A DNA stretch of 64,000 nucleotides from an uncultured Pseudobdellovibrionaceae bacterium (GCA_964400355.1 CAYNTO010000012.1:13290-77289), one strand, 5' to 3'; numbered from the stretch's first letter, positions 9,245-18,031 are shown. Notes: generated from the letters alone by a model not told the origin. Program-made: numbers and translations.

Positions 9245-9542
9245 TGGCGCCCATTTTTTTTTGGATCAATGGAATTAACGAGTCTACCCGTGCAAAGTAA
9301 TTTGTGGATGTATCTATGATCTCGTCCGTTGCAAATTCCACTTTTGTTCCAACTTTATTGCAGAGAACCTCTTCAAGAACAAAAATAAAAGCAACAAGAC
9401 CCATGGAATCCAGAAGTGCTTGGGACGTTCCATAGAGTTGTGTCGACAACTCAGGACGGACGTCTTTGAAATGCGGCGTGTTCTGCGCACACTTTTCAAA
9501 AGTAGGAACGATAATTTCTTGAAAGATCTCCTGATCTGTCAT
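9231..9542 (-). CDS. carrier protein (DltC-like phosphopantetheine-attachment protein)
   Basis: 103 aa. ALLDSMGLVAFIFVLEE has the LDSxG serine context typical of D-alanyl carrier protein DltC, rather than the DSLD context of FAS ACP. Its start forms an ATGA overlap with the upstream crotonase stop. Confidence 0.75.
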   Translation of the reverse strand: MTDQEIFQEIIVPTFEKCAQNTPHFKDVRPELSTQLYGTSQALLDSMGLVAFIFVLEEVLCNKVGTKVEFATDEIIDTSTNYFARVDSLIPLIQKKMGASDAG

Positions 9543-10264
9543 TGCGAATTCCTCAAGAACAGTGCGATTCGCTGGCGTGTCTCATTGTCTTTGGCCAACT
9601 GTGACGATTGGCGCGCACATTTTACAAGAACCTGTTTGGTAATGCCGGAATTTTTAAGCAGCATCGCTTTAGTGACCGACAACGATCGTGCAGTGGCCTT
9701 TTCAAACTGATGTTGGCAATGTTCGATGTAAGCTTGCGTATTTGCCTCTACCGCGGAGAGGAGTCCGATTTCGAGAGCTCGATCGGCAGATATCACGGGA
9801 TGTAGCAGGGCTAGCTCTGCCAAACGCCGCGAACCCATTCGCCATTGGAGAAGAGGAGTGATAATTCCTGGCGAAAGTCCTAGACGAGTCTCGGTGAGCT
9901 GATAGGAGCTCTCAGGAGTGCCTACCGCGACATCGGCAGCGGCCAAGAGTCCGAGCGCCCCGCCTGTATTTTTGCCTTTAGCAGCACTCACAATAGGCAC
10001 AGCACAAGTAAGAAATGTCCAATACATTTCCGCAAGTGGCAAAAGGTTGGCTTCTTTATAAATCCACGCCAAGTCCGCACCCGACGACAAATTTTTTCCA
10101 CGACCTTCGAGCGCGATACAACGCACCTTAGAGCTGTACTTTTTAATCAGTGCCATTAACTGCTTTGCTATTTTCGAATCCATCGCATTTGCTTTTTCGG
10201 CTCGATCGATAACAATGTGCAAACGATTATTGACCACGGAAAAATCTATATGGCTCATGCCCAC
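9539..10264 (-). CDS. enoyl-CoA hydratase/isomerase (crotonase) family protein
   Basis: LEGRGKNLSSGADL and AAKGKNTGGALGLLAAADVAV match the crotonase oxyanion-hole segments. An ATG at 10258 gives an ATGA overlap with the type III PKS stop. Confidence 0.8.
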   Translation of the reverse strand: MGMSHIDFSVVNNRLHIVIDRAEKANAMDSKIAKQLMALIKKYSSKVRCIALEGRGKNLSSGADLAWIYKEANLLPLAEMYWTFLTCAVPIVSAAKGKNTGGALGLLAAADVAVGTPESSYQLTETRLGLSPGIITPLLQWRMGSRRLAELALLHPVISADRALEIGLLSAVEANTQAYIEHCQHQFEKATARSLSVTKAMLLKNSGITKQVLVKCARQSSQLAKDNETRQRIALFLRNSQ

Positions 10265-11310
10265 CTCAAGATAGCCGTCTCGATAGTTAGGCCAGGTCCC
10301 ATTGTAATCATAACGGCATTCTCATGGGCGTTTAAGGCTTGTGAATCTTGGTACAGCTGGTAGGTAGCCAGAAAGCTCGCGCTGGATATGTTTCCGTAGT
10401 GCTTGAGAGTTTCTCTGGTGTACTTGAGCGCCTCGGGTGGTAGCTCTAGCTTTTTTTCAATAGCGTCCAGAATAGCGGCTCCGCCCGTATGGACAATCCA
10501 GAGAGTCAACTGGTTGAGCGTTAAATTCTCGCGATCGAGTAGAGAGTTTATAGGAATATGTATGTGTCGCGCCAATGTTTCGGGAGTTTTTTTATCTATA
10601 AAAAAGCAGTTGCGATTTTGCGCCGAATTGTAATCAAAACGCAACATCGGTAATGACTCGGGAATAAGATACGATTGAAACTGACTGACACGCGGATATT
10701 TTCCAGCATGTTTGCCTGAAGATTCCAATAGGGCCACCGCTATGCCGTCACCAAAAAGCGAATTGACGAGATCCGTGTTCTCGCTACCATCCAAACAGTA
10801 AATAGCAGAGCAGATCTCCGCACACACCAGCAACCCCTTGCGCCCCGGATTGTCGGCGCACCAGTTTTTAACGGCCTTTAAGCCGTTCAACCCAGCATTG
10901 CACCCCATACTGACAACATCCAGCCGCTCGCAATCAGCGCGGAGTCCTAGGGTTTTGTACAGCAGAGCTGACAAGGACGGCACAATAAAACCCGTCGAGG
11001 TGATACAGCACACAAAATCGATGTGTTGCGAGGATACATTGAGTTTATTGAGCAGTCGAGAGGTCGCTTCCCGGGTGAGCTTTAAAGACTCGTTTTTAAA
11101 TCGCTCGATGAGTTGAGAATTAGTCTCGTTACTGTGTTCCAGTGACAGGTGGCGTTTTTCAATATGAGGGTGGTTGAAAAAACGTTCGAAGCTTTTTTGA
11201 TGAGGGCCTTCGATTCTCAGCTTTTGAAAAACCTCACGTTGCGTGAATGTCTGCACCGGAAATGCACTTTCAACCCCAAGAAAATAGACTTCGCGCGACT
11301 TTTCCATCAC
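10255..11310 (-). CDS. type III polyketide synthase (chalcone/stilbene synthase family)
   Basis: The Cys-His-Asn triad sits in type III PKS contexts. VSMGCNAGLNGL corresponds to the GC.AG Cys motif. WIVHTGGAAILD corresponds to HPGGPAILD. HYGNISSASF corresponds to YGNMSSACV. GPGLTIETAIL is also present. The length of 351 aa fits the family. Confidence 0.9.
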   Translation of the reverse strand: MMEKSREVYFLGVESAFPVQTFTQREVFQKLRIEGPHQKSFERFFNHPHIEKRHLSLEHSNETNSQLIERFKNESLKLTREATSRLLNKLNVSSQHIDFVCCITSTGFIVPSLSALLYKTLGLRADCERLDVVSMGCNAGLNGLKAVKNWCADNPGRKGLLVCAEICSAIYCLDGSENTDLVNSLFGDGIAVALLESSGKHAGKYPRVSQFQSYLIPESLPMLRFDYNSAQNRNCFFIDKKTPETLARHIHIPINSLLDRENLTLNQLTLWIVHTGGAAILDAIEKKLELPPEALKYTRETLKHYGNISSASFLATYQLYQDSQALNAHENAVMITMGPGLTIETAILRWA

Positions 11311-11340
11311 TGAAAAGATTAAAAGAATTTGTCCCGGGCA

Positions 11341-12405
11341 TCAAACAGTATTGATTGAGGACATCATGTCAAATGGCTCGATTCCCACCTGCCGAAGTAA
11401 GTCGGAGTCCATCTGCTTCACCTTGCGCGAACGCAAGTCCATGTTGTCTCCGCACAGCAATTTGTCGCAGACTATGGGCATTGAAGGAAGTTGGAAATGG
11501 GGATCGCGGTAAATATTGCCTACGGATCCACCAACAAAGCAGGAGCCGCGAAAGATCTCTCCTGCAGGATCAATCTTAATGTGATCCAAGCCCGCCCAGC
11601 AGTGCCACCCCTTAAAACTGTTGCGACGATGAAATACCAAATCGTTGTAATGAAATTCCTCGCTGATGAGAACACCATCGCTGCGGGAGAAGAGTTTTAG
11701 TTTTTTTTGCCGCTCCTCCTTCATGAGTCCGATGATGGCTGCGCGCTCACTCTCTGCGAATTTGTCCTCGTACCCCACTCTTTTTACACCGGGCACTTTG
11801 GGTTCTTTATAATTTGGTCCCTTCACCATCCTCAACTCACAACGCTCGAGCTTTTGATCTTTAAATGTTTCAAACAGATACTGCACCTGCTCCGACTGCC
11901 CAGGCGCCACCATAATACGCACAATTAGAGTTTTTTGATGAGTACCAGCGACACGATTCCACTGGTTTTTCCACTCCTCCAGCTGGAGAATTTTTTCCAC
12001 ATACAGCTGAAGACGCGGCGCCATTGCCTCCAAGTGCAAACTAATCACTACACAATCCAGCAGATTAAAGAGTTCCACCAAATACTCAATGGGTCGAAAC
12101 CCGTTTGTTGTAATACTGATTACGGAAGGGTCGCGCTCGCGCATGTAGGAACACAGTTGTAAAAAATCGGGATGGAGGGTCGGCTCACCACCAGTAAGAC
12201 TCCAGCTAATGTTGCGTCCATGATGGCGCGTCAGTATATCTACGACTCTCTGCATATCCGCCAGAGGCACATGAGGTGAGCGTTGGTCATGAATAATATC
12301 ACTGCAATAGGAACAATCAAAATTGCACCTTTTTCCCACGTACCAATCCACCACCATCCCTGGTTTACGCGAAGGATAAAATAGAGCGACGGGTTGGGCG
12401 TCCAT
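11341..12405 (-). CDS. radical SAM protein with Cys-rich C-terminal (twitch/SPASM-like) extension
   Basis: GKRCNFDCSYCS is the CX3CX2C radical-SAM motif, and TGGEPTL is the SAM-binding GGE motif. The C-terminus reads HCWAGLDHIKIDPAGEIFRGSCFVGG...VCDKLLC. Confidence 0.85.
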   Translation of the reverse strand: MDAQPVALFYPSRKPGMVVDWYVGKRCNFDCSYCSDIIHDQRSPHVPLADMQRVVDILTRHHGRNISWSLTGGEPTLHPDFLQLCSYMRERDPSVISITTNGFRPIEYLVELFNLLDCVVISLHLEAMAPRLQLYVEKILQLEEWKNQWNRVAGTHQKTLIVRIMVAPGQSEQVQYLFETFKDQKLERCELRMVKGPNYKEPKVPGVKRVGYEDKFAESERAAIIGLMKEERQKKLKLFSRSDGVLISEEFHYNDLVFHRRNSFKGWHCWAGLDHIKIDPAGEIFRGSCFVGGSVGNIYRDPHFQLPSMPIVCDKLLCGDNMDLRSRKVKQMDSDLLRQVGIEPFDMMSSINTV

Positions 12406-12491
12406 TACTCTCTACGATAAGGGTGATCGATTTCGGTGGTCAAGGCGTGGCATCCTATTAGACATTGCAAAAATGAAATGTCACGGCTAGC

Positions 12492-13751
12492 GTGGAATCG
12501 ACGATGAGTGCTCAAAACCCAGATACTGACATAGTACCCTCAGCGGCCGCTACCGCTGCTCTCACGGACATAGAAAACCGAGCCACGTCGTCCCCTTCGT
12601 TTTGCGGGTTACCCTGGCGACATCTGTTTGTATCCCCCGACGGCAATGTGAAACCCTGTTGCAGGTATATACGCGGCAAAAATTTTCCCGAAGTCAGTAA
12701 CCCCGCGCAAGCATTCCACAGTACCTACTGGGAAAACCTGCGCCGGGATATGCTCCACAACAAAACAATTGCCGGTTGCGCCAAATGCGACCAGGAAGAG
12801 CGATTAAATACAAAAAGTCTGAGAGAAAAAATAAATACAGATGCCGTCTACGCCATCAACCCTTTAGAAGACAAGCCCGAGGCCCACACTCTCGAGGTGG
12901 CGTTTTCAAACACGTGCAATTTGTCGTGTATTATGTGTGATTCTCGCTTTAGCAGTGCATGGACGATGGTGGAAAAACAACTCTTTGGTAAAACGCTATA
13001 TCCAGAGAAAAAATTTCGCTTTAACGCGCAAGATTTAAACGCCTTCCCGGGCCTCCGTTTACTCAAAGTCACAGGTGGCGAACCGTTTTTAGAACATCAA
13101 ATCCATTTGGCGACTCTGAACTATATCGTCGAATTTCTCAAGCCTGAGGGTTTCCGACTGGATTACAGCACCAATCTCACCGTCCTCCCAAAACCGCAAA
13201 TCATCGAACAGTGGGCGAAGTTTGAACGCGTGGAAGTGACGCTCAGTTTGGATTCCATCTTCGAAAACGAACTCAAATACATCCGTTATCCTTCGGATGC
13301 GGCCACCATCCGTACCCATGTGCGATTTTATTTGGAGTTGATGAACCAACTCCCCAACCTCCACGTCGTAGTACGGCCAACTGTACACGTTCTCAATATA
13401 GCCAGCATGCTCTACACGATGCAGTGGTGGTACTCAGAAAAACAAAAATACGCCATTGACGACCGCTGCAAAGACTCGGTTTCTTTCTTAGCTTATCCGG
13501 AGTTTCTGCAGCCCACTGCGCTCTCCCCGGATGAACAACTTCGAGTGCGTCACCTTGTAGAAAATTTTACGATCACAAAAAGTGACCATAAGAATTTGCT
13601 GCACCACCAAACACGGCTTCTCAATTACCTGCATGAAAAGCCATTTGATCCGCGCCATGCTCAGAAACTCAAAGAATTTTTAAAAGCAATGGATTCGCAC
13701 AGAGGAACTCACTTTCGCGCACAGTTCGAATATTTAAATGATGCCCGTTAG
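12492..13751 (+). CDS. radical SAM protein with N-terminal twitch/SPASM-type Cys-rich domain (permuted order)
   Basis: The N-terminus FCGLPWRHLFVSPDGNVKPCCRY...GCAKCDQEE is a SPASM/twitch-type auxiliary-cluster signature. It is followed by FSNTCNLSCIMCDS (CX3CX2C) and VTGGEPFL. The track start is GTG 12492; an ATG lies at 12504. Confidence 0.8.
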   Translation: MESTMSAQNPDTDIVPSAAATAALTDIENRATSSPSFCGLPWRHLFVSPDGNVKPCCRYIRGKNFPEVSNPAQAFHSTYWENLRRDMLHNKTIAGCAKCDQEERLNTKSLREKINTDAVYAINPLEDKPEAHTLEVAFSNTCNLSCIMCDSRFSSAWTMVEKQLFGKTLYPEKKFRFNAQDLNAFPGLRLLKVTGGEPFLEHQIHLATLNYIVEFLKPEGFRLDYSTNLTVLPKPQIIEQWAKFERVEVTLSLDSIFENELKYIRYPSDAATIRTHVRFYLELMNQLPNLHVVVRPTVHVLNIASMLYTMQWWYSEKQKYAIDDRCKDSVSFLAYPEFLQPTALSPDEQLRVRHLVENFTITKSDHKNLLHHQTRLLNYLHEKPFDPRHAQKLKEFLKAMDSHRGTHFRAQFEYLNDAR

Positions 13752-15481
13752 TAGGGCGTGTGACGGAACTCGGTGATGCTCTCTTTACTAGTGTCGGCAA
13801 TCAATCGACCCACGATCGTTGGTCCCAGGCGTATACGACGATCGTCGCCGATATAACGATTAATTTTAAGCATATAGTCTGCCAAGGAGCCATTGTCCAA
13901 AAGGTAACCGTACATATTCTGCATAAACAATTTTGTTTCTGCTTTGCTCAATCCACTTCTTAGAAGTGCATACAGCAAATAATCATTCTGAAAAAACAAT
14001 GTTTTATCGAAACTGTAAATGCTCCACAACATTTCAAGACGTCGTTCCGATTCAGGAACGCGCTCTTCCCAACACATACCACCGATCTCATCGTAGGCAG
14101 CGATGCGGCCGTTGTCGGCCACCGCGCGGATGCGTAGGTTGTATTTTTCTGGGTCCGATGCATAATAGGTGTTAGCAAGCAGGCGAAAAATATTCACTTC
14201 GATACAGTCGTAGAGATCAGTGCGGTCTTTAATAAAATTATGAGTGAGCATATAATCTTCGACAGTTTCATGGGGAAACGCCAGGATGAGATACAATCCA
14301 CTCCAAATTCCAAATTTCTGCGCGGTCTGCAGTGTGCGGTAGACATCCTCGACTGTGGCCTGCTTATTGTTTTGCAAAAGCAGTTTGGGGCTCAAGGTTT
14401 CGGCTCCAAACCACAGCTTGACACATCCGGCTTTAGCTAAAGTTCCAAGAATTTTTTCGGAAGTATGAATCATATTCGCCGAATCGGAAAAAAAGATGCC
14501 GATGTTGGCCTCTATTATTTTTTCCGCCAACTGCACTGGAAAAATAGGCCCCAAATTGACATTGTCATTGTACCAGCGGTAATTCTCGAATCCTTTTTTG
14601 CGAAGCACAGTGAGATGATGAACGACATCATCTGCAGAGTGTGTGCGCACGGCGGTGTCTTTACCAGATTGGCAAAACGTGCATTTGTACGGGCAACCCA
14701 GAGTGTGACGATAGGGAATTAATGTCAGGGGATCTTGATCGCGCAAACGCGGCTCTTGGCGAATGAGATCTTCTGGAAACAGATCCTTGAACTCTACAAA
14801 CAAATCGGCTTTGTTGATGACGTCATATTTGGGCGTAAAATTGCTCTGGCGGAAAAGACTATTATCGACAATAAACCGATCGTTCCCGTGGAGCGGGCCT
14901 TCGCCATTGAAATAATTTTTGAGTGCTACGGGAAAGACGCCATGACTGTTGCGGGTAAAGTAGTAATCGATCGCTCGACCCGCCAATCGATCTGCAAGCT
15001 TCCGCGCATAATTGATACCCACATCTTTGATCAGCTCTTTACCGCCAGCCAAGATGATGGCGGTCGTGCGCTTACGAATTTCGGCCGCTAGCAAATTGGC
15101 GAAATGTAAAGTGCCGCGACTCATAAATGTTTCAAATCCGACCTTATCCATGGAAATGGCAACCGCATCATAGCGCTTTACGTCTCCGACAAGCTCCATG
15201 CAGTGATCCAACCAGCGTTGAACCCACATCGAAGTTTTTGCGCCATGGACTTCGGCAATAACTTGCTCGTCGTTGGTGAGTACACTTTTGTCTCCCTCTG
15301 ACAGATACTCCTCGCCACGTATCTTTGTAAGAGCCGCATTGAGGTCATAAAAATCCACTTCAAACCCGTGATGCTCAAGAGCACCAGCAACCATGGCCGA
15401 CCCCAAGCTCAGTTCCTGATACAGCTTTGGCTGAAACAGAGTGATGTTTGGACTCAAAAGAAACAGGATTTTCTTAGCCAT
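13748..15481 (-). CDS. B12-binding-domain radical SAM protein (class B)
   Basis: The N-terminal Rossmann-like segment KILFLLSPN...LGSAMVAGALEHHGFEVDFYDLN is typical of the cobalamin-binding domain. It is followed by TLGCPYKCTFCQS (CX3CX2C). 577 aa. Confidence 0.8.
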   Translation of the reverse strand: MAKKILFLLSPNITLFQPKLYQELSLGSAMVAGALEHHGFEVDFYDLNAALTKIRGEEYLSEGDKSVLTNDEQVIAEVHGAKTSMWVQRWLDHCMELVGDVKRYDAVAISMDKVGFETFMSRGTLHFANLLAAEIRKRTTAIILAGGKELIKDVGINYARKLADRLAGRAIDYYFTRNSHGVFPVALKNYFNGEGPLHGNDRFIVDNSLFRQSNFTPKYDVINKADLFVEFKDLFPEDLIRQEPRLRDQDPLTLIPYRHTLGCPYKCTFCQSGKDTAVRTHSADDVVHHLTVLRKKGFENYRWYNDNVNLGPIFPVQLAEKIIEANIGIFFSDSANMIHTSEKILGTLAKAGCVKLWFGAETLSPKLLLQNNKQATVEDVYRTLQTAQKFGIWSGLYLILAFPHETVEDYMLTHNFIKDRTDLYDCIEVNIFRLLANTYYASDPEKYNLRIRAVADNGRIAAYDEIGGMCWEERVPESERRLEMLWSIYSFDKTLFFQNDYLLYALLRSGLSKAETKLFMQNMYGYLLDNGSLADYMLKINRYIGDDRRIRLGPTIVGRLIADTSKESITEFRHTPY

Positions 15482-15538
15482 TCTTCAAAAGTCTGTGCCA
15501 GCGCCATTGGAGATACAATGAAAAATAGCCACTGAACA

Positions 15539-16624
15539 ATGCGTCGACATCCCTACCCTTTTTACAGCGTTTACAGAATCAGTAGCCCTAAAGGGTGCGG
15601 ACCTCATATACTCGCCCTTCACACGGAATGGGGTTCAGTGTTTAAATATCTCTCAGTTTCTGGATTCATTTTGAGTAGCATTGTGTTTTCAACCGCAGTG
15701 GCCGATGTGCCCACAATGACTCTTGACCAAATTCTCGCTGAAGCAATAAACAAGAAAAAAACGTACCTACCAGAGTTTCTCCGCGAGTCTGTAGCGCGCT
15801 GCGAACTCCATTTGACTCCAAGCAACCTGGGTCGTTCCTGCTTGGAAGAGGTTCGGGAACAAACATTTAGTATTCTCACCTGCGAGAGCACTCTATCCCG
15901 ATGGCAAGAAATGGGAGCACTCGACGACCATGACATGGATGCGATGCTCGAATCTTACCCCTCTACAGATGTGCCTCCAGACATTAAAACAGTCTTTGAA
16001 GAACTTGTAAATATCGCTGCTCGCCAGTGGCGAAATACCCCAGCGGTTCAAAAATTCCCTCTCCCCCAGTGGAGCATAGAGGCCTATGCGGCGGACTATT
16101 ACAATGCTCATGCAGGTGCCAACGGAAGCATACTCATCTCCAGCCAATTCTGGCAAACCGCTTCGCCATTTTCAGTCGATGAGATTCGTGCAATTTTAGC
16201 TCATGAAGTGGCCCATGTATTATTGAATCATTCTCTCGAACTGGGATGCCTCTACTTTGAGTGGTCCAACCAACCGAGCACCGCTTCTCTTCTGGACGCT
16301 CGGGAAATTATTCACGGTGATTTTTCGGTAACTATGGGCGCAGGCAAAGCGTGGTCCGAGCTCTCTCAAAAAAATGAATTCCGCGCTGATGCGATGGCCG
16401 TGGAGCTGCTTTACAACTTGCACTACGATGGGCTGGCGATGGCCCGCGCGATTCAAAAAATTTATGATCATTCTCCGAAAGGTGGTTTTAGCTCTGGCAG
16501 TCACCCCGACCTCCTCGACCGCGTCGAAGAGGCTCGCCGAAAAGCCACGACCTACGGACCGCCGCGAACGCTGAAAAATTCGCTCTCTAAAATAGCCTCG
16601 GCAGGCCTCACCAGAAAATCCTAA
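15539..16624 (+). CDS. M48-like zinc metallopeptidase, secreted or membrane-anchored
   Basis: ILAHEVAHVLLNH is an HExxH motif, and a downstream NEFRADAMAVELL is present. The hydrophobic segment FILSSIVFSTAVA follows a doubtful N-terminal extension. GTG 15638 is an alternative start. Confidence 0.6.
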   Translation: MRRHPYPFYSVYRISSPKGCGPHILALHTEWGSVFKYLSVSGFILSSIVFSTAVADVPTMTLDQILAEAINKKKTYLPEFLRESVARCELHLTPSNLGRSCLEEVREQTFSILTCESTLSRWQEMGALDDHDMDAMLESYPSTDVPPDIKTVFEELVNIAARQWRNTPAVQKFPLPQWSIEAYAADYYNAHAGANGSILISSQFWQTASPFSVDEIRAILAHEVAHVLLNHSLELGCLYFEWSNQPSTASLLDAREIIHGDFSVTMGAGKAWSELSQKNEFRADAMAVELLYNLHYDGLAMARAIQKIYDHSPKGGFSSGSHPDLLDRVEEARRKATTYGPPRTLKNSLSKIASAGLTRKS

Positions 16625-16778
16625 ATACCCGCCAGGGAGCCAGAAACCAATTAAGGTTATAAAGCCCTACCAACAATAGCGAACGCAAGGGACGGGCAAT
16701 ACGCGCGAAGCGCAAAATTTAATGATCGAAAAATTTAGAAATACTGGACCAGCTACCAACAGCCGGAAAATTTTGAAG

Positions 16779-16854
<76 letters not shown>

Positions 16855-16916
16855 TCTTAAAGGTCAGGGGAATCTTATCTGATATAATCTAGGATTGAGT
16901 CAAGAGAAGGAACGAC

Positions 16917-16940
16917 AAGGCCCACATTGACGCGGGCCTT
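16917..16940 (-). terminator. stem-loop downstream of ORF 16966..17484 (no U-tract)
   Basis: AAGGCCC-N10-GGGCCTT is a perfect 7-bp inverted repeat 25 nt past the stop. It lacks a T-run, so terminator function is uncertain. Confidence 0.3.
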
Positions 16941-16965
16941 CTAAATCGCACTGTTTACTGTAGAA

Positions 16966-17484
16966 TTAGGCGCTGGCGAGTTGAACGCGAACGGGAATAC
17001 ATGCCAAAGTTTTACGCTCTTCTTTGAGGTCAAAACCCACAGCTTCACCACCGCAAATCACTGAGTCATACACCTTGCGAAGAACATCTAACTCTTCTTG
17101 CTCATCATTGGCCTGGAGAGCCTCTTGGATGGCTTCGAAGACACTCATGATGTCGGGAGTTGTTACAACTTTGGGGAGGCGCTCCATATCGAGCCCCATA
17201 AGACCCAATGGACGAAAACCCACTAGAGTTGTCGTGATAAGGATCTTTTTACCAGTTCCAAAATTCACTTGGAGGAACGTTTGTCCCACTTCATCCTCGC
17301 GGTAGAGAATCTCATCCAGATCGAGGCAGTTCAGCGTGATTCTTTTATTATCCAGCTGTTGCTCAATAATGATGTAATCCGACAAAACTGAATCCACCAG
17401 GCGAAGACCCTCAGAACCCTCTACGAAGCGACGAATCTCACTCACAACGTTCTTAAAATCAGCACTCACTTTGGTACGCTTCAA
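16966..17484 (-). CDS. hypothetical cytoplasmic protein
   Basis: 172-aa ORF with a TTG start at 17484 and GGAGG 4 nt upstream. No signal peptide and no motif I recognise. Confidence 0.5.
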   Translation of the reverse strand: MKRTKVSADFKNVVSEIRRFVEGSEGLRLVDSVLSDYIIIEQQLDNKRITLNCLDLDEILYREDEVGQTFLQVNFGTGKKILITTTLVGFRPLGLMGLDMERLPKVVTTPDIMSVFEAIQEALQANDEQEELDVLRKVYDSVICGGEAVGFDLKEERKTLACIPVRVQLASA

Positions 17485-17725
17485 GGCGCCTCCTTAAACA
17501 TTTAGAACTTACAATCCTATTATCGACTTGCGATCACCGGCACTTAACTCGCTGAGACGGAATTAATTAAAAAAAAAGAAGTGATCTCGAAGAGATACAA
17601 AAAGTGTCTCAGTGATACACAGGACAGACTTTATAAAAGTTGGGGATGACTATTTTGTAACCAATACTTGCCATTTTCGCTAATAATCTTTAATACTTAG
17701 AACTGGCCCAAGGTAAGGACACTCA

Positions 17726-18031
17726 ATGCTCGTATACAGATGGCAGGCACCTATAAAACCCACTCGCGAACAAGCGCGCATGATCTTCCTCGCAGAGGAT
17801 CTGGTTCCCCATGAGGAAACCCTGGTCAACGCGGCCACGTACCCGGATCACCGCCACCCGTTTGATGAAGTTCGTATGATTTTAGAGGGCGAAGTGGCCT
17901 TGAACATTTCGGGCAATCAGCTGCTGATGCGCCCGGGAGATAAAATCATGATACCCTCCAACACTCGCCACTCCTACCGCGTGATCGGCAGCTCCGATTG
18001 CATCTGCCTGGTCGCAACCCGACCCTTCTAA
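17726..18031 (+). CDS. cupin-domain protein
   Basis: 101 aa. HRHPFDEVRMILEGEV...GDKIMIPSNTRHSY fits the two cupin motifs. Confidence 0.65.
   Translation: MLVYRWQAPIKPTREQARMIFLAEDLVPHEETLVNAATYPDHRHPFDEVRMILEGEVALNISGNQLLMRPGDKIMIPSNTRHSYRVIGSSDCICLVATRPF

Noticed and set aside
10255-11310. An alternative call as FabH (KAS III) instead of a type III PKS.
   Set aside because: The His and Asn contexts are HTGG and GNISS, as in CHS (HPGG and GNMSS), not the FabH HQAN and GNTSAAS. The ORF also shares extended CHS-like blocks (LFGDGIAVALL, GPGLTIETAIL).
11311-15538. A RiPP precursor peptide for the SPASM/twitch radical-SAM enzymes.
   Set aside because: The intergenic gaps (30, 86 and 57 nt) are too small for a precursor gene, and I saw no short Cys- or Gly-rich ORF. 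The presence of a PKS, a carrier and an MBOAT argues for a non-peptide substrate.
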